Below are positions 18,475 to 27,349 of a stretch of 40,673 nt of DNA, one piece after another. A program made the position numbers and the translations under genes. This stretch comes from a virus. A model generated the notes under the pieces. That model was not told the origin of the DNA. It saw only the letters and a list, made by a program, of their open reading frames with translations, and ran no database searches. Location: UHGV virus genome UHGV-1386588; one strand, 5' to 3'. How positions within the stretch are numbered: the first letter of the stretch is position 1; every line of letters starts with the position of its first letter.

Positions 18475-19248
18475 TCAGGCGAGATAAGAATGAGGGTTGG
18501 GGAAGACGATTTCTTTGTAACAGCGGCAGTTCGGGAGCTCGCCAGCGTGACCGGTCATGCCGTCAAGCGTTGGAGGTCGGCCCCATTCGACAAACTTCCC
18601 TTCCATCTCTCGATGAGAATGCCGGACGTCGCCATCTTCGGCTGTACGCCAGATATAACCATTCGAGCCGATTGACAGCGCACGCGCCTGATCCAATGCA
18701 CCGGTTGCGCGCCCAAGCTCAGTCCGGGAGATAAGGTTCGCTCGTGAGCGTGACACGTCACCGGAAGCAGCTATCTCTTTCGCGAATGGCTCAGCGCGGC
18801 CACCAGTTACTACAGCCTCGATGGCCTTGTTCTGAATGTCATACACCCGATCGGCGGCCTCAAGAGGCAGAGATTTGATGTACTTAATTTGCTCGGCGAC
18901 GATGGATTTCATCACCTGGCCTACCGGGGCGCGGTCGACCATGTTGCGTAGTTCTGCGCTGATGTTCCGACTGTGCTGACGCCACTGCTTTTCATTCTGG
19001 CGCGCAATGTCGGCGGTGAAGCTCTCAGCAACCTTAGTCGCCCAGGGGGTGATGATTTCGCTGTAGCGCTCCAGCGCATCCATTATTTCGGTGACGCTAT
19101 CGTTTGAACCATCGTAGCGACCATTTACGATATCCCCGACTGCCCGCGCTATCTGCCGTAGGCTCGTTCGATATCGGATCTCCGCCTGGCGGCTCTGGCG
19201 GTTTGTCGCCAAGTTCGCCGATGCCTGGCGGCGCTTCGTCTTCGGCAT
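18475..19248 (-). CDS. head morphogenesis protein (Mu F-like / SPP1 gp7 family)
   Basis: C-terminal motif HAGELPNCRCY is characteristic of Mu F-like minor head proteins; the ATG at 19248 overlaps the portal 3' end by about 150 nt, so the true start is uncertain (next Met at 19083). Confidence 0.6.
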   Translation of the reverse strand: MPKTKRRQASANLATNRQSRQAEIRYRTSLRQIARAVGDIVNGRYDGSNDSVTEIMDALERYSEIITPWATKVAESFTADIARQNEKQWRQHSRNISAELRNMVDRAPVGQVMKSIVAEQIKYIKSLPLEAADRVYDIQNKAIEAVVTGGRAEPFAKEIAASGDVSRSRANLISRTELGRATGALDQARALSIGSNGYIWRTAEDGDVRHSHREMEGKFVEWGRPPTLDGMTGHAGELPNCRCYKEIVFPNPHSYLA

Positions 19249-20566
19249 TCTCTATGTCCTCGTCGGTAATGGATGCCCCGATGCCGGTGACGTCAGAGTT
19301 TTCGCGCAGGTCGGTCATCGCCGCCTTACGCGTCATCAATCCGTCGCCCAGCGCGGTACTGATCGCGTTGGTGGTGTTTACGGCCACCGTTGATCGGTCA
19401 ACGTCTGACATTTGCCATAGCGGGTTAAACTCAAACGTGAAATCGTCCGGCAGCGGCTTTCCGAGTTCCGAGCGGTGCATAATGTCCAGTATCCGGCGCA
19501 TCGGCAGCCGTAAGCGGCGCTCCTGCAATGAGCTCACCCGGTCGTAATAGTTGGCGAGGTCTGCATCACCAGTAGAGAAGCCTTTCGGGGATTGACCGAA
19601 CAGGCGTACCAGCGGGATACCAACGGCACCGCTGATCTGCTCAGCAAACTGCGAAAGAATGTCATCCAGACCACTAAAGCTGTACTGGTGGGTTTCGAAC
19701 TTATCCCGCGAGTCCATGAGCGTCATACCTTCATTGCTCTGGAACTGGCGGATCAGGTCGATGTTCTTCAGCAACGCTTCGAACGCCGGGCCTCCAAGCG
19801 CGATAAGCTCGCGCAACTTCTCCACGCTATAGGTACGCAGATGCGCTTTATATACCAGCTGCGCCGCGCCGACAGTAGCGCTATCGAACGCAGTAAGCCG
19901 ATCCCAGATACGCTCTACAACCGACATTCCCCATTCGTTTTCGGTCATCTTCTGCTGGAATGGCAGCGTGACGCCATCAAAGCGGATCAGGCGGCTGTGA
20001 TGGATGCGCCAGGCCGGAATGCCCGTTGCGGTGGTCACCACGTCGTAAAACTCAGGCTTGCCGAGGTCCGGCCCCATCTCTTTAATGCGGCGTGTCAGCA
20101 CCGGGTTAATCATCCAGCGGTCGAGCGGGAGAATGCCCTTAAACTTGCCCTCGCCAATGGTTTCGAGTCGCAGCGGGGTCATTGGTGCTTGCCCCTCGAT
20201 CATGATGAAGCCGACCGCGCCGCCGTAGAGGCGCGACCATTTCAGCACGTCGTTCAGCGCATCCCAGATCTGCAACTCATCCAGTTGCGCTTCGAGGGTG
20301 CCACGGTCTTTGGCGTCAATCTCCGAAGTGATGCGAATGCCCTTTCGGGTCATATCGTCCGGGATAGCGTCGACCGCTTCACCGATAACCCACGAACCGC
20401 GATATGACCATTCCACCAGCATGCGGTTGCGGCTGGTGAAGTTCGCCCGGTAGGTCGATGCAGAGTGCTGATTAGGCGTCTGCATCCCCACGCGGGCGAC
20501 AAAGTTCTCATAGCCATCAGCGGTGGCCTGCGCCGTTCGCTGAGAGGCTTGCTTGTTTCGTGCCAT
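19097..20566 (-). CDS. portal protein
   Basis: 489 aa directly after the large terminase; start set at the ATG overlapping the terminase stop (TGATG at 20564-20568). Confidence 0.75.
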   Translation of the reverse strand: MARNKQASQRTAQATADGYENFVARVGMQTPNQHSASTYRANFTSRNRMLVEWSYRGSWVIGEAVDAIPDDMTRKGIRITSEIDAKDRGTLEAQLDELQIWDALNDVLKWSRLYGGAVGFIMIEGQAPMTPLRLETIGEGKFKGILPLDRWMINPVLTRRIKEMGPDLGKPEFYDVVTTATGIPAWRIHHSRLIRFDGVTLPFQQKMTENEWGMSVVERIWDRLTAFDSATVGAAQLVYKAHLRTYSVEKLRELIALGGPAFEALLKNIDLIRQFQSNEGMTLMDSRDKFETHQYSFSGLDDILSQFAEQISGAVGIPLVRLFGQSPKGFSTGDADLANYYDRVSSLQERRLRLPMRRILDIMHRSELGKPLPDDFTFEFNPLWQMSDVDRSTVAVNTTNAISTALGDGLMTRKAAMTDLRENSDVTGIGASITDEDIENAEDEAPPGIGELGDKPPEPPGGDPISNEPTADSAGSRGYRKWSLRWFKR

Positions 20567-22008
20567 CAGGCTTGCCTCCCGAGCAATTCCCAAATATCCA
20601 TTGTTGTATCGGTCGGCGCGAACGCCATTATGAAAGCGTCGGCAATGTTAGGTGAGGGGATATCGCGCTTAGCCAAATCTTTCTTGCTTTCAACCATAAC
20701 CCTACCGTTACGATCAAAGTCTCGGTGCGGGGTCGTCAGCTCAAGCTTTAGTTTCTCCAGGTGCGGGCACGATGAATCGATACTTATCAACTCATCAACA
20801 GGATATTCCTCTCCATTTTTCACCGCGTTGAACGTATTACGAAAGCGATCAGCTACCAGCCACCATGCCTGGGCTTTCAGATTGGCAAAGAAGTCTTTAT
20901 TCGGAATGCCGTTATATTCAGAATCTGGCTCGTTCACACCAGCGCCAGCATTGAAGCGTTGATAATTAACTGGTCGTGAATAAGGATTTTCACGTCGTCT
21001 GTCTTCGTTAATTTCCGAGAATTTAGCACCAGCAGAAGCGCCAACACCAATGGAGTCATAAACGATATCAGCACTTCTCTCTGTGGCTGCCTGATATGCC
21101 CGCTGGCAGCTTTTAAGAAGCTCGTCTTCTTTTGCCTTCCATTCATCAGCCCAATACACAACGGAGCCATGACGATAAACATTGGAGCACTTATCCGCAC
21201 CGCTATCGGCAACGTCGAAGCCTATTCGCTTTCGTCCGTTTGGCTCAAAACCAAGCACCTTATGGGCATCTATTGCAGCCTCAATCCACGAAAGTTTAAT
21301 AATTGCCGCGTCATCATCAGATTCGGGAACCCCCATATAAACGTGGTCAAACCCCTCCGGATCACGACGCTTTGCAGCCGAGATAACCTTAAGCATGGTG
21401 TCTGAGAGGAATGGGTTTTCGTCGTAATTGATTTTTCTCACCAACGTATCTTCTGGTGGATCAACAACGAAATTACGCCATACAAAGTCAGTCACCAGAC
21501 CAGGGTTAAAAATAAACCAGCATTCAGATCCGCTTTTACGAATGGTTGGTTCCAGTATCTTCCACTGGTATTCCGTTAGTGCATGGGCTTCTTCAAGCCA
21601 CAAAACGCTGATACCTTCCAGGGATTTAATTTCTTCGATATTGCGCCATAAACCGTAAAACACGAATTCTGAGCCAGTGACCCGGTTGATAATTTTATTA
21701 TTCAGAATTCGGAAGCGATGCCGCAGCCCAAACCGTTCAATCTGTATTTTGAGCAGGGTATAAACCGACTCTTCGATTTTGTTCTGAATTTGACGTGCGC
21801 AACAGAAACGCAGGTTGTATTTATTTGCCAGAAAGACAGCAAACCCAGCAGCATCCCATGACTTTGACGATGAGCGCCCACCAAAAAGTACTTTATTTCG
21901 AGCCTGTGTCGTCCAGAAGTTCCTTAGAGCCGGATTCAGGGTCGGTTTGGATGTCAGAGTAGAAGTCATTAAGGTCACGATCTCCATTACCGTCATCAAC
22001 GCCAGCAT
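20566..22008 (-). CDS. terminase large subunit
   Basis: Walker A-like LFGGRSSSKS near the N-terminus; acidic nuclease-domain motifs; about 480 aa; several in-frame ATG/GTG starts within 22011-21967 so the start is +/- 15 codons. Confidence 0.85.
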   Translation of the reverse strand: MLALMTVMEIVTLMTSTLTSKPTLNPALRNFWTTQARNKVLFGGRSSSKSWDAAGFAVFLANKYNLRFCCARQIQNKIEESVYTLLKIQIERFGLRHRFRILNNKIINRVTGSEFVFYGLWRNIEEIKSLEGISVLWLEEAHALTEYQWKILEPTIRKSGSECWFIFNPGLVTDFVWRNFVVDPPEDTLVRKINYDENPFLSDTMLKVISAAKRRDPEGFDHVYMGVPESDDDAAIIKLSWIEAAIDAHKVLGFEPNGRKRIGFDVADSGADKCSNVYRHGSVVYWADEWKAKEDELLKSCQRAYQAATERSADIVYDSIGVGASAGAKFSEINEDRRRENPYSRPVNYQRFNAGAGVNEPDSEYNGIPNKDFFANLKAQAWWLVADRFRNTFNAVKNGEEYPVDELISIDSSCPHLEKLKLELTTPHRDFDRNGRVMVESKKDLAKRDIPSPNIADAFIMAFAPTDTTMDIWELLGRQA

Positions 22009-22675
22009 CACGACGAAGGCGATCCGCTTCCAGAGACACTTTGTCAGTGGAGGCGAGCCGATGCTCTATAGATGCCTTTGTGAATTCCAGCGACTCAATG
22101 CGGGCCGTGTTACGGTGCATGGCTTTTTGCGCAGATGAAATTAGCTCGTGAAGATTATTGGCGGTATCGCCATCAGCTATTTCAAGCTCAGTCTGCCAGC
22201 GGCCAATATTTTCAGCAGCGGTAAGGTTCGCCGCACGCAACCAGAAAAGCTCATCGTCGAGCGTGAGCAGCTTCGCATCTTCGGTGATTGCATCAGAGAG
22301 CAGCATCCTGCGACCGTAGCCGCCGTGCTTAAGGGCATTCTGGTTGCCAGGCTGGAAAGGAGGGTGGTTGGTGACTACGTTCCTGCGCACACGTTCGGGT
22401 TTCGTATCTGGAGGATTCGCAGCATTGGAGGATTCGCAATCACCATCAGATGGCTTGCTACCTCTGGCCTTATCGCCTTTTTTTGCCTGCGAATTCGCAG
22501 TTTTATTCGCACTTTTCTTTTGCGAATTCGCACTACCATTCGCAATTTTGATATAGCGCTTTGCAGTCGAGTAATTCAGTCCCTGCGCTTCGCACCATTC
22601 TTTGGGGGAAATGCCGGTTTTGGCATGTTCGGACAGGAACCGTTGCTGAAGCTCGCCCCAGTCCGGCTTTGCCAT
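21893..22675 (-). CDS. terminase small subunit
   Basis: 260 aa upstream of and overlapping terminase large subunit; N-terminal HTH-like segment (GISPKEWCEAQGLNYSTAKRYIK); low-complexity SANSQKK repeats; GGAGTG RBS. Confidence 0.7.
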   Translation of the reverse strand: MAKPDWGELQQRFLSEHAKTGISPKEWCEAQGLNYSTAKRYIKIANGSANSQKKSANKTANSQAKKGDKARGSKPSDGDCESSNAANPPDTKPERVRRNVVTNHPPFQPGNQNALKHGGYGRRMLLSDAITEDAKLLTLDDELFWLRAANLTAAENIGRWQTELEIADGDTANNLHELISSAQKAMHRNTARIESLEFTKASIEHRLASTDKVSLEADRLRRDAGVDDGNGDRDLNDFYSDIQTDPESGSKELLDDTGSK

Positions 22676-22687
22676 TGGTCACTCCAT

Positions 22688-22867
22688 TCAAACGAGTTCA
22701 GTCTCGATGGATACTTTCTTCATGAGAGCGTTGGTAAGCTCATCAAGAATGTATGCCTGTAGTTGCGGGGTAAGGCGTCGTCCGGCTAGTGCCGTTTTGA
22801 GCCTTTCAAACTCATCGAGCATATCCTGCTCGGTCGGTAAGCCAACAACGGTTACTTTCAGTTCCAT
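22688..22867 (-). CDS. small hypothetical protein upstream of terminase
   Basis: Start chosen at ATG 22865-22867 with GGGAGAAGAG RBS (MELKVTVVGLP..., 59 aa); the longer ORF-track version overlaps the upstream gene. Confidence 0.45.
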   Translation of the reverse strand: MELKVTVVGLPTEQDMLDEFERLKTALAGRRLTPQLQAYILDELTNALMKKVSIETELV

Positions 22868-22985
22868 AGTCTCTTCTCCCATCCCCTGCAGGGGATATTT
22901 GATATTTATCTGCTCAAGGGGATACCCATTATCAAGCCCACCCGTAGATGAGCTTTGTAATGGAAAGCCGTTGTGAAAGTGGCTC

Positions 22986-23366
22986 TCAGTGTGCAGGTAG
23001 TTCCCCATCAGCAACTTTCTGGGCGTAGTAATCAAGGATGTCTTCGATGACCGCTATTCCTGACGGTTTGAGCCCCTCATACTTCCCTATTGATGCGAAA
23101 TACGAAGGGCGCTCAGGATTGTAGATATCGAGCATCCGAAAGAACTTCATCTCCACTGCGTCAGCATCCATATTGTCGGCCATAAAATATGACGTGAACA
23201 TCGACGCCAGGCAGTCAGCATCTATCAGAATGTCGCCAAATTCAGAACGGTATATGGGTTGCCGGTGTTTCGCAGTTTGCATGATGACGAACTCCTCACA
23301 GACCTGCCTGGCCATGGGGAATTTTTCTGGTGAGTATGGATTCACGGCCACCTCACGCAGCAGCAT
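22986..23366 (-). CDS. hypothetical protein
   Basis: 126 aa, ATG at 23366 overlapping the KilA-N gene stop by 14 nt; no recognisable motif. Confidence 0.5.
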   Translation of the reverse strand: MLLREVAVNPYSPEKFPMARQVCEEFVIMQTAKHRQPIYRSEFGDILIDADCLASMFTSYFMADNMDADAVEMKFFRMLDIYNPERPSYFASIGKYEGLKPSGIAVIEDILDYYAQKVADGELPAH

Positions 23367-24081
23367 AGAGCAATTTCATCTGCCCTTTTACCGGGAATGC
23401 CGACATGCAGCGCGCTTCGAAATCACGATAATCAGAGCACCCATTGGCAATGCTGGTAACGGCAATGATCTGTCGCTCAACCAATGTCAGCGCGTCAGGT
23501 TTAAGGTGCTGATGGATTTTATCTCCCGCAGCCAGGCGTCTTTTAACCTCTGCATACACTTCTGGTGGTAATACCGGGCCATATACCCACTTTGCGCTGA
23601 TCATCCCAAAAAGTGCGGGGCGACGACCTGGCCTATGACGAGGCAGTCCTGACATTTTGAACATTGCAGAATAAAACGGATCGCTAAACCTCTTTTCCCA
23701 TGGCTGAGATTTATCCAGAAGGAAAATAGCCTTTATTCTTTCATCGTCGATATGATGAACGGAACCCTGAATGATTGCGTCAATTTGCTCATCACACCAG
23801 ATCTCAAAATCTACAGAAAGCCATCGAGCAAATCTGACCGCCAGTTTTGGGTGAAGCCATGTTCCGCCGCCACGGTCTTTGCGAGCGCGGCTGGTTTTTA
23901 CATATGTGATATTCCCATATCTACTCTTTAGCGCCTCGATGTAACGAACAGTCTCAGGAAGCCTAAGCCACTGAGCTGGCTCCTTGTTGAACTTGTCAGC
24001 CGCCGCAGTCGCGTCAAACCAGCCATCGTCAGAAAAACGCATTGGATGGCCTTCGAAATCAATCGGGATGATATTAGACAT
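23353..24081 (-). CDS. KilA-N domain protein with C-terminal P63C-like domain (anti-repressor-like)
   Basis: Start at ATG 24079-24081 (MSNIIPIDFEGHPMRF...); N-terminal region resembles the KilA-N (APSES-like) DNA-binding domain; sits between lysis cassette and terminase. Confidence 0.65.
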   Translation of the reverse strand: MSNIIPIDFEGHPMRFSDDGWFDATAAADKFNKEPAQWLRLPETVRYIEALKSRYGNITYVKTSRARKDRGGGTWLHPKLAVRFARWLSVDFEIWCDEQIDAIIQGSVHHIDDERIKAIFLLDKSQPWEKRFSDPFYSAMFKMSGLPRHRPGRRPALFGMISAKWVYGPVLPPEVYAEVKRRLAAGDKIHQHLKPDALTLVERQIIAVTSIANGCSDYRDFEARCMSAFPVKGQMKLLYAAA

Positions 24082-24220
24082 CGTATTTACCTTTTTGGTG
24101 ATATGAGCCAGTTCTCGCAGACATGGACAGCCCAAGAGCGGCACGATGTAAGCCACCGTCCTGTCTCTGTCTCATACCCCGAAAAGCTCTTGGTTGATAT
24201 GCGCACGAGAATGCGCGGGT

Positions 24221-24247
24221 TTACTGCAGGCGTAAAAAAGCCCCGCT
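24221..24247 (-). terminator. rho-independent terminator at the end of the lysis cassette
   Basis: Minus-strand RNA hairpin GCCUCGC-AAUA-GCGGGGC (one G-U pair) followed by UUUUUU; overlaps the Rz1 stop codon. Confidence 0.65.
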
Positions 24248-24509
24248 ATTGCGAGGCTCTTGATGATTCGATTTTCCTGATTGCTGCCTTATCCAGATTG
24301 CACTGCCCCAGCGCCGTGTAGAGCTGAGCGTTTAACTCCAGACTTGCCTGCCACGTGAACGGAACCTCCATTCCGGGGATCGGTGTGTCTGCAGTAAGGT
24401 CAGCGCTTATCAGTACCACGGGCGCCGGCACGTAAACCGTCCGCGTATTCCCGCAAGCTGTCAGCAGCGGCAGCAGGAACAAGCTGCTTAGCACACTGAT
24501 CCCCTTCAA
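24246..24509 (-). CDS. Rz1: o-spanin (Rz1-like outer-membrane lipoprotein)
   Basis: Out-of-frame ORF overlapping the 3' half of Rz and extending past its stop; lipoprotein signal [16 protein letters not shown]; start tentatively the TTG at 24507-24509 (MKGISVL...), with in-frame GTGs at 24540 and 24531 as alternatives. Confidence 0.6.
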   Translation of the reverse strand: MKGISVLSSLFLLPLLTACGNTRTVYVPAPVVLISADLTADTPIPGMEVPFTWQASLELNAQLYTALGQCNLDKAAIRKIESSRASQ

Positions 24510-24777
24510 GCGCCTGCCTGATGTAGATAACACGCTGCTCACCTGCCTGGGAAAGTTCGGTCTTTGCATTCTGGGTTACCCGGGAAATGTCATTGATGAG
24601 GTTCATTGCGGTGACTACGCTATTGCTAACGGTCTCGGCGGTTTCCGCCCTGGCCGTTGCTTTATCACGCTGCTCTTTGAAGGTGATAGCGTTGTCGTGG
24701 TAGTGGCTAGCCAGCCATCCGAGGCTAACTATCAGGCAGATCACTACGGCGCTGATAATAGCGGTTAACCGGTTCAT
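24400..24777 (-). CDS. Rz: i-spanin (Rz-like)
   Basis: 125 aa with N-terminal TM helix ([19 protein letters not shown]) and coiled-coil periplasmic part; ATG overlaps the endolysin stop (ATGA); S-R-Rz order. Confidence 0.8.
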   Translation of the reverse strand: MNRLTAIISAVVICLIVSLGWLASHYHDNAITFKEQRDKATARAETAETVSNSVVTAMNLINDISRVTQNAKTELSQAGEQRVIYIRQALEGDQCAKQLVPAAAADSLREYADGLRAGARGTDKR

Positions 24778-25256
24778 GGTTGTACTTCGGCTACAACGCC
24801 GCCAGCGGCTTTGAATTTTGCGATCAGGTTGTCTGCCTTATGCTCAAACTGGCCATAGCCTGCCCCGGGCAATGACGCCCAGATATTGCTGCAACGATCG
24901 ATAGCTTGCCGAATCTGCCCGTTATCGATGAGCGGAAGCGCGCCACGTTCTTTGATTTGCTGCAGTGCCACCTGGTCCTGTGAGGCTGGAGAGAAGTCTT
25001 TCAGTCCAAGCTGTTTCCGGTACGCATCCCACCATTTTGAAAGCAACTGGTAACGCCCAGCCGCGGTAGATTTGATGCCCAACTTGGGGAGGTTGACCAG
25101 TTTTCGTGGGTGGTCGCTGTAGTCAGAGAAAAGCGATCCGCCGACAATGACATCATAACCCCTGTTTTTGGTGTTCTGCCTTGGCTTGTCAGTACCCTCT
25201 GACCAGGCGAGCATATCCAGAAATGCCCTGCGCTGCTTATTGAGTTCCAGCATCAT
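24774..25256 (-). CDS. R: endolysin, lambda R-type lytic transglycosylase
   Basis: Near-identical to lambda R as I recall it ([16 protein letters not shown]...GYDVIVGG...[12 protein letters not shown]...[24 protein letters not shown]...[21 protein letters not shown]). Confidence 0.93.
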   Translation of the reverse strand: MMLELNKQRRAFLDMLAWSEGTDKPRQNTKNRGYDVIVGGSLFSDYSDHPRKLVNLPKLGIKSTAAGRYQLLSKWWDAYRKQLGLKDFSPASQDQVALQQIKERGALPLIDNGQIRQAIDRCSNIWASLPGAGYGQFEHKADNLIAKFKAAGGVVAEVQP

Positions 25257-25560
25257 CAACCCCTGCTTTTCTGGCGGCGAACTTCTTAATCAGGTTGCCG
25301 ATCGAGTCTGTACCGATGTAGCCAATGAAGACACTGGCGATATACGCGAGATTGCTGCTCAGGCCAATGAAGTCGAGAAGGTCACGGACGAACCAGGCGA
25401 TCATCGCGCACATGACCGCATCGATCAGCGTCTTCGCCATAGCGCCACCGTTATAGCGACCCCGCAAATACGCCATGATGAAAGCCAGTATTGCGCCGAT
25501 ACCCTGCTCCTTAGCTGCCAGCAGAGCGGCGATGAAATCTTGTTTGTAGGGCATTCGCAT
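25237..25560 (-). CDS. S: holin, lambda S family (class I) with dual-start motif
   Basis: [30 protein letters not shown]...[11 protein letters not shown]...[12 protein letters not shown] closely matches lambda S; two in-frame ATGs (MRM) at 25560 and 25554 mirror lambda S107/S105. Confidence 0.92.
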   Translation of the reverse strand: MRMPYKQDFIAALLAAKEQGIGAILAFIMAYLRGRYNGGAMAKTLIDAVMCAMIAWFVRDLLDFIGLSSNLAYIASVFIGYIGTDSIGNLIKKFAARKAGVDDAGTQ

Positions 25561-25664
25561 AAGCCTCACCTCCGTTAATGACGGATGGCGCTGTGTGTGT
25601 TTGTAGGGGAAAGGCCGTCAGACTCTGATTGCTACATGGCATCTGAAAATGATATCTGCGGCCT

Positions 25665-25693
25665 GCAATAAAAAAGCCCACGGCGCGGTGGGC
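25665..25693 (-). terminator. rho-independent terminator in the Q-S intergenic region (S-proximal)
   Basis: Perfect stem GCCCAC / GTGGGC (loop of 6) followed on the minus strand by TTTTTTATT. Confidence 0.7.
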
Positions 25694-25944
25694 AATAGAG
25701 GGTAGTGCGTTGAGCTTTTGCTCTTATGGTCCTGGTAGGTATTTGGTGTGTGGTGACCGGTGCTGTGTTTTCCGGCATGTAAATGAACTACCCGTCGTCG
25801 CCATGGTGAGCCTTTACCTCACCATCTAGCTGATAAGTTAGCGCATCAGCCTGCGCATTCACCACAACGATAATTGCACTGCGCCTGTTTCGGTTAGCGT
25901 AACGGGATTAACCGGTCACCCCAATGCAATTATCTGTTGTGCAG

Positions 25945-25978
25945 ATACAAAAAAGCCCCGAGCTATTAACTCAGGGCC
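25945..25978 (-). terminator. rho-independent terminator (tR'-like, ends a short 6S-like late leader RNA)
   Basis: Minus-strand hairpin GGCCCUGAG-UUAAUAG-CUCGGGGC followed by UUUUUUGU, about 60-80 nt downstream of the candidate late promoter. Confidence 0.6.
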
Positions 25979-26082
25979 ATCGAATGAATGCACTACTCCA
26001 TCATTGATTTCAGATTAAACAAAAATCGCCACTTTGTAAAGTGTAGTTTTCTAGATAAATCCTATTTCATAGAAAACATTCA
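25979..26082 (-). promoter_or_regulatory. candidate late promoter pR' / qut region downstream of Q
   Basis: By analogy with lambda Q-pR'-qut-tR'-S; minus-strand TTTACA-N17-TAATCT -35/-10 candidate around 26020-26050; not verified. Confidence 0.35.
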
Positions 26083-26847
26083 CTATCGCGTGACTTTGTT
26101 CAACATCTGGTTTGCGTACTCTTCCTGCTTGATGCACTCACCTACCAGACTTTCGAAAAAATCCTTGTAAGACCTGCGCCACGTGGTTTCAGGTATATCC
26201 ATCACCGTTACGCAGATGTATTTACGGACGCTATCAGGTAGCAATCTGGCATAACCACGCCCATTGCAGCGCGTACAGGTTTTATATGCAGGAACGCCGC
26301 GCTGTAGAATAGTTTTCTCTTTGTCTAATACTGTTCCTTTGCCATTGCACTGGCATGCGTTGGTCAGAGCACCCTTCCCTTTGCATTTGTGGCAAAGCAC
26401 CTTAACCATCTCTCTTTTTTCGCTAAGGTGTGGCTGTCCGATATGCTTCATCGTCATTACTTCAGCTTCGACAAACTTATTTCCATTGCAGCAGTCGCAC
26501 GTTCTGGTACTGGCGGCGCTCCGGGAGTAATCAGCAAAGGCGAAAGTTGCGAGAACTTGCATTACCTTTGGCTTAACATCGCTCTCAAGCTTGCGTAAGG
26601 CGGCAACCTTATCGCAGTGCTCAATTGCATATTTGGTCAGCAGGTCAATTGCTCGCTCGCGATCGTAATCGCTGATATCCATCTTACCGAGGAATGCACT
26701 GAACCCGAGATCAGCCCGGCTCTGTGTCATTCCGATCGCCGCCATAATGTCAGTGCCGGTTAATGAGTCAGATGCGGTTGCACGTGGAGCGTCGCTAATC
26801 ATCGTTGACTTCGCGAAGTGGTATTTCACTGTGTTTTCGAGATTCAT
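26083..26847 (-). CDS. Q: late-gene antiterminator Q (phage 82/21-type, Cys-rich)
   Basis: 254 aa upstream of the lysis cassette; multiple CxxC clusters (CDCCNGNK, CHKCKGKG, CQCNGKG, CTRCNGRG) typical of zinc-binding Q proteins; AGGAG RBS. Confidence 0.75.
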   Translation of the reverse strand: MNLENTVKYHFAKSTMISDAPRATASDSLTGTDIMAAIGMTQSRADLGFSAFLGKMDISDYDRERAIDLLTKYAIEHCDKVAALRKLESDVKPKVMQVLATFAFADYSRSAASTRTCDCCNGNKFVEAEVMTMKHIGQPHLSEKREMVKVLCHKCKGKGALTNACQCNGKGTVLDKEKTILQRGVPAYKTCTRCNGRGYARLLPDSVRKYICVTVMDIPETTWRRSYKDFFESLVGECIKQEEYANQMLNKVTR

Positions 26848-26990
26848 GCTTCTGCTCCTGATGGTTTATAGCGGCTGATGTAATTGCGTAAAATTCGGTA
26901 GTCCGTAGCAAATGAACCCGGGTGACGATAGATGCGTAACCGAGTCCATCGCAGACGAAGATGATCAGCAAAGTAGGATTCGAATGTCAT
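26844..26990 (-). CDS. small basic ORF bridging rusA and Q (hypothetical, 48 aa)
   Basis: Not in the ORF track (<60 aa). ATG overlaps the rusA stop (ATGA) and its TGA overlaps the Q ATG; translation [48 protein letters not shown]; fills the only gap in the operon. Confidence 0.35.
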   Translation of the reverse strand: MTFESYFADHLRLRWTRLRIYRHPGSFATDYRILRNYISRYKPSGAEA

Positions 26991-27349
26991 GCGGACTCCA
27001 GTTCAGTAATGGTCAGTTCAAGTCTGCCGCCTTTGACGACCGGCATTCTCTTCACGCTGTAGTAGTCGACTTGTTGGTCATCGAGCCAGAACCCGGATTT
27101 CGTCAGGGCGTCGAACGCGGCCTTTTGCAGATTGTCCAGGTCGCGGCGGCGGCGATCCGGCATATGGCACTCAATGCGTATTTTCACGGGTGTAGCCAGG
27201 CCGATATCCAGCATTGAGTCTTTGATGATTCTGGCGACACTGTCGCGGTACGCCTGCCCATCTGTGCTGATGTGCGTGCGCCCGCGATTATGGCGGTAGT
27301 AGCGGTTATTGCTCGGCGGCCAGGGCAATGTGATGTTGTAAGTATTCAT
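26987..27349 (-). CDS. rusA: Holliday-junction resolvase RusA
   Basis: [28 protein letters not shown]...[40 protein letters not shown] is nearly identical to E. coli RusA as I recall it; 120 aa; ATG overlaps the upstream stop. Confidence 0.92.
   Translation of the reverse strand: MNTYNITLPWPPSNNRYYRHNRGRTHISTDGQAYRDSVARIIKDSMLDIGLATPVKIRIECHMPDRRRRDLDNLQKAAFDALTKSGFWLDDQQVDYYSVKRMPVVKGGRLELTITELESA

Noticed and set aside
19592-20407. 271-aa plus-strand ORF inside the portal gene
   Set aside because: Antisense to the portal CDS in an otherwise uniformly minus-strand operon; no RBS or start context and no recognisable motif.
25694-25944. Possible tRNA or small protein gene between the two Q-S terminators
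   Set aside because: No GTTC(G/A)A(A/T)TC-type T-loop on either strand and the longest minus-strand ORF is about 26 codons without an RBS; left as an unexplained non-coding interval rather than a feature.
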